DNA from: Felis catus
Lineage: Eukaryota
Direction: 5' to 3'
DNA length: 64,000 nt
NCBI RefSeq assembly: GCF_018350175.1
Contig: NC_058368.1
Span: 4,278,001 to 4,342,000 of the forward strand
The notes beneath the pieces were generated by a model that worked only from the letters and a program-made list of their open reading frames with translations, did no database searches and was not told the DNA's origin. Position numbers and translations under genes: made by a program. Shown here in pieces: positions 1 to 9,765 of this stretch (positions within the stretch are counted from its first letter, which is position 1; each line of letters opens with the position of its first letter).

Positions 1-383
1 ATCTGTCCTACTGCGTGCTGGTTTGCAATTGCGTGTCAATACTTAACATTCGTTTTAAAAAAGGAAAACAGTAACTTCACAATATTTTTTCCTTTTTATA
101 AAAGAGGTCACTTCTCATGAAAACTTTGGATACACGCAAAAACGTATAGATGTATATATGTAAACACATAATTTCTTCACATCTTTTTCTGTGTGCGTGT
201 TTTTTATATGCTTTAGTATGTTTGTGGTTCTATAAAAATCAGAATTATATTTGTATGTAAATAGAAGTCTAGAAGGCTGTTCACCAAATGTTGACTGTTC
301 ATTTCCAGTTTATAGGATGGGGTAATCTCTATTTGTAAATTTCTTATCTAATCCCACTCTTCTTAGTTTTTTTTTTTTCCTGT

Positions 384-580
384 GGGGCACCTGGGTAACT
401 CATTCGGTTGAGCGTCCAACTCGATTTCGGCTCAGGTCGTGATCTCACGGTTCCTGAGTTTGAGCCCCACATCAGGCTCTATGCTGACAGCTCGGAGCCT
501 GCTTCAGATTCCGTGTCTCCCTCTCTCTCTGCCCCTCCCCTGCTCAGGCTCTGTCAGTCTCTCAAAAATAAACATTAAAA
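384..580 (+). mobile_element. Can-SINE (SINEC), followed by a second CT/AT tail fragment to ~680
   Basis: ggggcacctgggt...tcggctcaggtcgtgatctc...(CT)n...aataaa. Confidence 0.93.
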
Positions 581-796
581 AGGATTCTCTCTCTCTCTCT
601 CCGCCCCCCCCCCCCCGACCAATCTCCCCTACTCATACTCTCTCTCTTCTGCCTAAAATAATTTTTTTCTTCAATAAACTCATATTATCTTTGTAACCAA
701 AAATGTAAGCTGCCTCAGTGAACAAAATGGCTTGTAAAGCTGTGTACATACGTGTAGTTATTCCTTATGTTACATTCTCACCAGTAAAAAAATAAT

Positions 797-892
797 TGTG
801 TGTGTGTGTGTGTGTGTGATGTGGATGTGTGTGGGGTGTGTGTGTAGATGTGTGATGTGTGTGGTGTGTGTGTGTGTCTGTGTCTGTGTGTG
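797..892. repeat. Degenerate (TG)n microsatellite
   Basis: Direct inspection. Confidence 0.95.
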
Positions 893-979
893 AGAGGGCT
901 GGAACATCTCTGTGCCCCTGTCCTGTACCACCAGGCCACTCAACAGAAACGTGCTATTTCTTCCGTCACGCGAGTCTCA

Positions 980-1340
980 TTTTCTCGTGGTAAAACGTAT
1001 GTACCATAAAATGGCTGATTTTATCCTAGGGCCCAAGACCTGTATGTTCTACTGGGGCTAAACTGCAATGAAATAATATAAATATGGGTAATACAAGACG
1101 AATAAAATAAAATATATATAACATAAAATGTATCAGTCTAACATCAACTGTTCGGTTCGGTGGCATTAAGGACACTCCCACCGCTGTGCCACCCCCGCCA
1201 CCACCCACCTCCAGAACCCCTTCCCCTTCCCAAACTGAAACTCTGTCCCCGTTAAACAACAGCGCCCCCCCCCCGGCCCCAGGCGCCCCCCATGCCACTT
1301 CCGGGCTCTCTGGCTTTGGCTGCCACTCCAGGTACTTCAC
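980..1340 (-). mobile_element. Old L1M 3'-end fragment
   Basis: gtggcattaa...cacctccagaac...cccaaactgaaactctgtcccc gttaaacaa is typical of an L1MA/MB 3'UTR read antisense. Confidence 0.7.
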
Positions 1341-1526
1341 AGAAGCGCTTGCTCATTTTTGTAAGGTAACAAAAGAGGGAGAGAATGAAACCTCGCATTT
1401 CCTTTCTCCAAAAAAGTCACCCAAGGGGGGAAAGGGCTGGGTTTTCCACAGCAACGTCGAACTGGTATTAAAGAGCAAGTTGCCAGCAGAACGCCTCGTG
1501 TCTCACGCCTCCGCTGACTTTCCCAG

Positions 1527-1629
1527 GGCCGGTTCACTTGATTCCGTCCCTGTGCTGTGACGAGGCCTGCAGCATCGACCGGGTGACTCTGGGCTGTAGA
1601 GTGCATTCCAAGACCACTCTTCAGGAGAG
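1527..1629 (+). CDS. TNFRSF19: TNFRSF19 (TROY) internal coding exon, 103 nt, cytoplasmic domain (GPVHLIPSLCCDEACSIDRVTLGCRVHSKTTLQER)
   Basis: Acceptor tttcccag|GG at 1526/1527 and donor AG|gtaact at 1629/1630. Translation resembles recalled human TROY GPVRLLPSMCCEEAC...; the phase-2 end joins the next exon in frame. This frame is not in the ORF track. Confidence 0.93.
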
Positions 1630-2203
1630 GTAACTCGGTATTTTTAATCCGCGTGATTCTATATCCCCTTGTGCAAATATGCGCTCTACTGATTTGCCAG
1701 TTTTCCCGCGAAACTATGAGAGATCATTGAAAGCAGGTTATTCGTGACATTCTGGACATCAGAGAGGGACAAATCTTTGGCAAGAGATAAGTAAGTCTCT
1801 CAAGGCTACTGATGCCCAGTGCAGTGTCCTTCACACGTTATGCTCCATTCGTTTCATTTTTTTCTCCTGTCCGTGATCTGTGACACTTCCGTCATCTGTA
1901 AGTAACGGTTAGCATGTCGTTTACCCATAGAATTTTAGAATAGCCATCAAGAAACTCAGTTAAGAGCAGGAAACCATATTTTAGACATCGGGTTAAGAAT
2001 AACTATCTTGATTAGAAGTAGGTATGAAACTTCAGTGTTAAAGTAAGTTCATTGAAGCAAGTTTATGGCAAAGGAAACACTAGAATGCTGACGTCATAGG
2101 TTGCTGTTCCATCCAGAAAACTTAAAAGCAGAGGCAGCGTATTGCCCGGTAGTGGTGTTTTTTCCTCCCTATAGAGTTACAGACCTTTTGAATGTGTGTT
2201 CAG

Positions 2204-2609
2204 ACACGCAGGTCCGGTGGGGGAGACCATGCCCACTTTCTTCGGGTCCCTTTCAAGGTCCATCTGTGGCGAGTTTTCAGATGCCTGGCCTCTGATGCAG
2301 AGCCCCGTCTGTGGTGACGACATCTCTTTTTGTGACTCTGATCCTGAACTCGCTGGAGAAGACGTTCATCCTCTCGGTCCGGAAAACCACTGCTCGTTCT
2401 CCTCGGATTCAGACAGTCGTCAGGATTCGGTTGGTGGAGCTGTTCCAATTCAAGCTCGTCCTGAAAACTTGACAGATGCCGCTGATTTCTCTAGACCTCA
2501 CAGCTCACCGACGGAATCAGTGCTAACTCAGGCTACACTGCCTGCCAGGAGGCAGCTGCATCAGGAGAGCGGCGACATGATCGGCCTGACCGCTCAGACG
2601 TCCCTCCAG
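2204..2609 (+). CDS. TNFRSF19: TNFRSF19 penultimate coding exon, 406 nt (HAGPVGETMPTFFGSLSRSICGEFSDAWPLMQ...AQTSLQ)
   Basis: Acceptor gtgttcag|A, donor CAG|gtaagg at 2609/2610; lies in ORF 2196..2708. Contains the conserved TROY motif PTFFGSL..SICGEFSDAWPLMQ. Confidence 0.96.
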
Positions 2610-2708
2610 GTAAGGCAGCGGCTGGTCTCGGTAAGGACGTGGCATCGACTCGTGCCAGGCCCGAGGGATGGGATTCCTCTCACCGTAGAACGTGGGGGGA
2701 CCCGATGA
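2610..2708 (+). CDS. TNFRSF19: TNFRSF19 unspliced (intron read-through) isoform C-terminus VRQRLVSVRTWHRLVPGPRDGIPLTVERGGTR*
   Basis: Frame stays open through the donor to TGA at 2706-2708. It starts VRQRL like the recalled human long isoform (VRQRLGSL*). Confidence 0.55.
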   Translation, partial: VRQRLVSVRTWHRLVPGPRDGIPLTVERGGTR

Positions 2709-5700
2709 GAAGGTTTTCCCATCTTCCGGAACTTCTTGTTCTAGTCTGTTTGGAGAATGTGTTTTAAATTGAATTTCAGGAGTCTTTTCTTGGTTTAACT
2801 AACAGCTACCCTCTAAGGCCATACTGAGCAGCTGTGTTCTCTTACTCTTCATAAATCCAGCTACTTACACGGCACCCCCTAGCTCCATTCCTGGCTGAGA
2901 GAGAGGAGTCCGTCTCGGAACGTCTTGTAAACCACCCCTCACCTTTATTTTCCCTGTGATGCTTTACTCCCAATACTGAAATGCACTTCATTCACCGTGG
3001 GGTTGATGGGAACTTGGATCTCTCAGAGTTTCTCTCGTTCACTGTTGTGTTCGAGATTGCTCTGCTTCGATCGGTTTCGTTGGAAATTGCCGGTTGTGAT
3101 CTGGGTCCAAATATTGCCTACGAACCTTCTAGAACCAAGGGTTTAAAATCAGGGTTGGGGGGAGGTGGTGACTGCAGGGAGATGGGCCTTTCAGGCCTGC
3201 TGCAAGGCTGGAGGCAGAGAAGCATCACGGATCCCCGGGCACCACCTCTGCTCTCCCCTTCGGCGAGGATGTCGCCTTTCCCCAGCGTGATTTGAGGTCT
3301 GCAAACATTTCCCTAATGTGAAAGCACATACACTGTTGGAATAGTCTTCCGGAAAAATGATGCCCGCCTTCAAAAAAAAAGGGCAGAATCACAGCACCAG
3401 CAAGGCTCCCAGGCCCCACAAGGCCCCGCCTGCACACGCAGCCTGTGGGAAAAATGCTCTGGCACGTGGGTGCACTCTCGACGCGTGCCTCTGTTTCCCA
3501 CAAGGTGATGTGTCCTTGTCTAATTACGTTAGACACAGCCTGAAGTCAAAGGGTGAATTAGAGATGTGTTCAAGAACAGCATGTAGGTTATATGTTGATC
3601 TAAATCTGCAATACTTTTTTTCTTCTGAACTACCAAGAAAATTCTATAGAGAATTTACAGGGAATTCTACGCAGGAAACACTTGTTGGCTTTGGAGAAAA
3701 ACAAGGTGGTTTCTCTCCAAATAAAGGAAATACAGAAGAGATAAGGGAAGAAAAAGCAAACCAATTAGGCATTTAAAATGTAAAATACATGCTCTGTAGC
3801 TGAGGAAGGTGTTTACTGACCTTGTTCTTTTGAGCTGTCCCATCATTTTTATGACTTCCGTGATAATAATAAGAAAAGACTTAAGAGTTAGCCAAGTTGC
3901 ATAGGTCCCAAGAATGGACCCCATGGCTCAAAACCTTCGGGGCTGAGCACACCCAGCTGCCCGAAGGAGGCAACAGGTCCCGAGAGCAGGTGACAGAGGC
4001 AGAGAACAGCTTGGAGAAAGAGACCCCGCCCCTTTAGCAACTAACCCCAACTTCCCAGTCGGATGCCCTTTCCAAGTACTCTAAAATAAAAGTCTTGGGA
4101 TTCTTAAAATATTAAAATGACAAGATGTCCAAGTTTCTTGTGTATCAGGTCAATTGGTTTTGATCATGAACTTGCTTGTGTTACCTTCACAAATGTCTGC
4201 TACCTTTCCCCACATATCTGTTGCCAGGGGCGAGATGGAGTAGCTGGAATTGCGCTCCCGGTGACTACCGCGGGTTTTCCAGAGCATTGCCAGCCAATAA
4301 AAGTACTGCTCAGTTTATTGTGTAGCTCACGCCCAATTTTGTGATGTAAATTCGAAGACTAAGGAGTGAAGCATCTTGATGCCGAGTGGTGTGAGAACCA
4401 AAGCATTCTCTACCTTTTTTCTGATTATATTGTTGGTGAGGTGGGGGGATGCTGGTAAGCATTATTATTACAGCTACGTGAATGTAAAATGGGTTAGTGT
4501 AGAAGATTGGTGTAGATAATGGCACTGACTTCTTTTCAAAGACCATTGTCAAGGTAATGGTGATCTACATAAAGATACTTTCAACCCAAATTATTATGAA
4601 AAGAAAGTTATAATTACGTATAAAATGAATGGGAAAATGTTACATTCCGTTCAGGTTGCACAACGTAATTTAGTGATGACAGGTTTTTATTAGCTTTCCA
4701 AGATGTGTCCCCTCACTGGATAATTTGGTAAATATAAGCGAGACATTCTGAACTCAAGAAAGGAATTGTTAAAACGTGAATCATTTCAGTTTTCTCCCTG
4801 TAACCAAAACCAACAACAATATTTTGAGCCCATTTAAGACATCACCTTTTCCAAGTTCTGGAAAGCACTTTATGTTTGGTTGCACTTACCGAACGTGTGA
4901 TGCTTAGTGAGTGAACCTTAATCTTCAAAAGCAACCAGGAGGGAGACACAACTGCGCGTCTTTGGGAGATTAAGTCTCTTAGTTTCAAGGGTCGACAAAG
5001 AATGTAGCACAACTAGTTCTGTTTTTGTTCAACCCATTAGATTCCAGAAGGCAATTCGGATTTCCTCTTACCAGGCTGATTCTCCAAGGTAGGGACATAC
5101 TTACTTCACATAAAGAATTTTCGTTCAGCAGCTCGGTATTATGAACCAGAGGACTTCCGGCTCCTTGAGTTTGTGTTTAGTCAGCTTGACTGAACACCTT
5201 GAGCCCGTGGGCCCATTCGTAATCCAGCAAAGCGCGGCATTCCTGTTTGGAAAACACGTAAGGACAGCTGTAGCCATTATAGCCTCCCCCCTTTTAGTGA
5301 TTTATTTCTATATCTTTTCAATGGAACTTGAAATTCTTATCTAGGAATTCACTCATATTTTCAGCTTTTTAGCCTCAATTCTCCCCTTTGCTTCAGCTGT
5401 ATTGAGATGTAATTGACACTTACCATTGTGGACGTTAAGACGTGCGACGTGACCATTGGATGCACGTCTATACCACAGAATGCACAGTGGCACTTTTGTC
5501 TTTGCTTGGTGTGAGGCTCGGATTGCTAAGGCATGATGCATTTGTTTCCAAAAACTGTACTTTTACACAGTAGCTTTCTTGTGGGTGGTTTAAGACCACC
5601 CAGAATCTGATGATGATAGTTACGGTGCAGGATAAAGTAAATAGGTGTGAGAACCTTCTTGAGTCTGAATGACTCAATTCTAATCAAATTTTCCCAAACA

Positions 5701-6848
5701 CACCTCCCCAGAAGAGGAACAGACTAAGATATTTGGGACATCAGTTGCTAGGATACTTGGGAGCATGAGGCCAGGCTGCTTACCTACAGGAAAAGCTTTT
5801 TTGGGGGTGATGTTTTTAGCCATCATTGGAAATGTCAACATAAAATAATAGGAGGAGTGGTTAAAAAAAAAAAAAAAAGATATGACCTAGGATCTGGCTG
5901 CTCAATCTTTTAAACTTTTTTTTTTCCGTATTGGCAAAATGACTAACATTTGTCTCCCACAATAGTGTTAATGTGGTTCTTACTGTCATATTAACTGATA
6001 GATATATTTGATGAAACGATCTCATATTATTAAGAGTTCTTTCAGAAGTTTCTATATGTAGGTACTGTCCTTCAACTCAGGGGAAAAAATGTTCTCCTGT
6101 AAACGTACCTGATAGGTCACCAATGCCAAAATAGTGGTAAATAAGTGAATGAAAGGTTACAGCATAAAAGGAAGGTTTTATCCACTGCAGTAAAGTGCAG
6201 TTGGCCGATCCCTCCAGAAGTCAGGTCGCTGCCCTTCTGTGATAAGGGACAGATCTAAGGGTGCCACTTTGCTGAGGATATCTACCCTGGAAAGAGTGTG
6301 AGCCTTCCAGGAAGATCATTAGGAGTCCTTTCTAAACCATCTCTAAACTTTCTCCAGTGGTTTAGCAGAAGTTTTAAATGCAAAGAATAAGAATGTCACT
6401 ATTCACTAATCATCTTTGTTCTTTTAAAGAAGGGACTAACAGATCCTAACATCTTTACCTACAAATGCTTTACAAGAACACAACACAGAAACAAACTTTA
6501 AATATTTGAATGGGGTTGGAAATCAGCCAATGAATCACATGTTAATACATGTTGTTGGCTGTGGGTCACGTGATCGCCTCTGCAGTGTTGTTTGGAAATG
6601 CTGAGGGGCTGTGAGTTGTTATAAAATCTTTACTGTATTCTCAGAATACGTGGATACCCGGATATTCAGACACCATGAATGAGCTGCTTGTCTATATGTT
6701 ATTAAGTTCATTGTGTACTCCTAGTTAAAAGTCACGTACAATAATTTTGAATGATTCCAGTTTAGCAGCTTTCGTTCGTGAGGTTGTTTTTCAAGCTCTC
6801 CTTCTGTTGCTGTTTTGGGAAGCTTAAAGGACTTGCTTCTTTCTGCAG

Positions 6849-6908
6849 GAGAAGAATACGGATGGAACCCAGCAGGCACTTACTCCTCCGCTTGGGCTGA
6901 TGGACTGA
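6849..6908 (+). CDS. TNFRSF19: Candidate TNFRSF19 terminal coding segment via acceptor at 6847-6848 (EKNTDGTQQALTPPLGLMD*)
   Basis: cttgcttctttctgcag|GAG AAG ... GAC TGA, phase 0, compatible with the 2609 donor. Usage is inferred, not shown. Confidence 0.45.
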   Translation, partial: EKNTDGTQQALTPPLGLMD

Positions 6909-8733
6909 GCACTGTCTGGACCTTGCCTGGCTTCTGGGGGGAAAGAAAATAAATCTGAACCAAACTGATGGCGTTTTAAGCCTTTCAACCAGTTGCTTCT
7001 GAGCCAGACCAGCTGTAAGCTGAAACGTCAAGGAATAACAAGCAAAGACTCCAGGCACTCACGATACTTTGCATCTTTCCTGAACAAGAAGCTTCTATGC
7101 CACAAGCGAGACTTCAAAGACTGATGGGTTGAGTTTGCAGCCTACGAGATTATGAGCATGTAACAAGAAACAAGTGCATTCATGCGTATTTGCATGGCGA
7201 ATGTGGTCTTACCAGACTGAAGACCCAGGGTGTAAGTTTTCGCTGACGTTTGCTCTCCAGAAATAATTTCATATAGCCGCTGATCCTGTTAAAAGTCAAC
7301 GGCAGATTGGTTTCCTTAGTTTTTATGGAGAGTGGTTCCAAACTGAGCACGCGTATTTGAGGAAGCTCACGTTTCCGTCGTCTGATCAGGAGGTAAGAAC
7401 GGACTTGCACGCCACCTGCCTACATCATGGGTCTGTTAGGTGAAGTGAACTGGCCCGACTAGGAATCAGAGGAGAGCAAGTCTTTGCTGGAGTCGACACG
7501 AGTAACCTCGGCCACTGGTCTCAGGAGCCCTGCTAGACCCAGTATCGAGAGGGCCCGGGCTGGGAACGTGGTCTTTTCACTGATTACCCGCCTTGCAAAC
7601 CACTGAGCACATCTATCCTAGAGACTTGTGTGCACTGATTAACATACTTCTGCGGAAATCAGTCGATCGGAAGCATTTGTTACTTCTGTCCCTGTGACTG
7701 GGCTCAAAAGATCCAGAAGCTGTCCTTTACACAAAAGTGGTATTTGTAAAGATAATGTTCTTTTTTTTTTCCTTCCCATCCTCCTCACCCGCCAGTGTCC
7801 TGCCTCTGACAACCACCAGTCTGTTCTCTGCACCTGTGAGTTGGGTTGTGGTTTTGTGTGTGTTTCGCATCCTGTCTGACACGAAGGGCTTTAGACACTA
7901 CAGGTCAGGTTCCCCTGCCGCCAAGATGGAACACCGTGCGGGTGGTCCCATGAGACCGCACTACCTAGTAGAACAAAAAGAAAAGGCACAATTTGTAGAC
8001 GGCATCTAGGTGAACAGTTGGTGATTCCCCTTAGGCAGTCGGGCCAAGTACGACGGTGCGCCCTCTGACCGTGTACCTTTCGTCCCCACCGTGATCTCCT
8101 ATCTCAGCCACTGAGGCTGCGTGTAAGTGCTTCATTCTGGCACCCCATCCCTCACCTGCTTGGTAGTTACCAGAACTCTCTCTACAGCCAAGATAGAAAC
8201 GAACCCAGTTCAGTCACGAACCAGGGGAGGGCTCGTTTGCTGTTACTCTTCGTGCCCTGGGGAGGAATTACCAGAAGAGGATTGATTTGTTTCCAACTTG
8301 AACCTGCATGATCAGCTCTGGCCTTGGTCTTTTCACTGATTACCGTTGGCTGTGTCACACTGGCACTTAAGAGAGAAACAGAACATCATTGTGTTTGAGT
8401 GCACTAAAATTCTTCTGTTTCACAACTGCCCCAACCAAAGCGGTGTCTTTTACCTAACGCTTAAACTGCATTAAAAAAAAAAAAAATCTTAGGACATACT
8501 TATCTTCTCACTTCTTGAAACCGTGTTTCCACTCTTTGCAAGGTATTTAGGAAAATCTAATGACTCCTCTTCCTCGTGGCTGGGCTAGGTTATCCAGCTG
8601 CAGTTTTAGGTTCAAATGTGTGTGGATTCTCGTGACCTCGGTTCCTTTATCCAAAATAGGAAATTGGAGTCGTCTCAGGGTAACCCATAGCCTTCTGTGT
8701 CTGTTTAATACCCAGCCATAACTGATTGGCTTT

Positions 8734-8766
<33 letters not shown>

Positions 8767-9759
8767 GTAGCATGAACCAATGGTTTTTCAACTTTGATTA
8801 ACTCACCAGCTCTTATGAGAGTTGCTTCAGGACAGTCATGTACAATATTTAGGATTTGACCACAAGATGTCCGTGAAAATGCACACTGGAGTTTCCTTGA
8901 GTGGTTTCCCTGTAATTCACATATGTGTGCCATTGTTTGCAATCTGATCGTTTTGTTTTGACAGAGAGATGATCAAAGTAGGCCAGGGTTGTGCTCCTTC
9001 TGGTGACCTGAATATATTTTCCACATGTAGAAACCCTCCTCGACTTCAAAGACGTATAGTTGCTGGAGAGAAGGCTGGCTCGATGGGAATGAGACTGTGG
9101 CCCCCAAACCCTGAAACATGACTTTTGATCAGTAGGGAAATACTGAGGGTTAAACGTCAATTTCATCTGACGCTGCATTTGGGAAATCCTGGGTTATTTT
9201 ATCAAGGTGAAGACACTTGACCACCAGTGACTACAGAAACATGCAATAATGCTAGATTCTTCTATACTTTGGGTAAACACTTGAGAGGAAAATCCCGTCT
9301 GTGTTTCCCACAGTCGGAATATCCCTCTAGCGCCCACATGGATTCCCCACGTGGGTGCTGGGAAATCATCATCGGGTAATGAGACTGGGAGTGAGAGTCG
9401 GTGTGACGTCTAATGGTGCAGAAACCCACCAACAAGAATGAGACGAGGATTTGGGGAACAACCATGTAAAGGCATGGGTTTTCTCATTTTGTGTATATGG
9501 AATGTATTTTTCCAGTATAGATTTTTGTACTCTAAAGTGTTCATGTTGCTATTATCTAGTTAAGCTCTACTGTCTGTGCTAGTAAAAAAAAAAAAAAAAA
9601 GAAGAAGAAAAGAAAAAAGAAGAGAGTCTGTCATTGCTTGAAGGTCGCCAGCTTGAATCAATTTAGATTTCATCATTACTATTTTGCATACTGGAATTTA
9701 CAAATTTGTAAATTTTCATTTTCTTACACAAATAGTTTTGTAATACCTTTTTATATGTG

Positions 9760-9765
9760 AATAAA
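9760..9765 (+). terminator. TNFRSF19: Distal poly(A) signal of TNFRSF19 (a proximal AATAAA is also present at 6948-6953)
   Basis: AATAAA after a U-rich upstream region, at the position expected for the transcript end. Confidence 0.75.
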
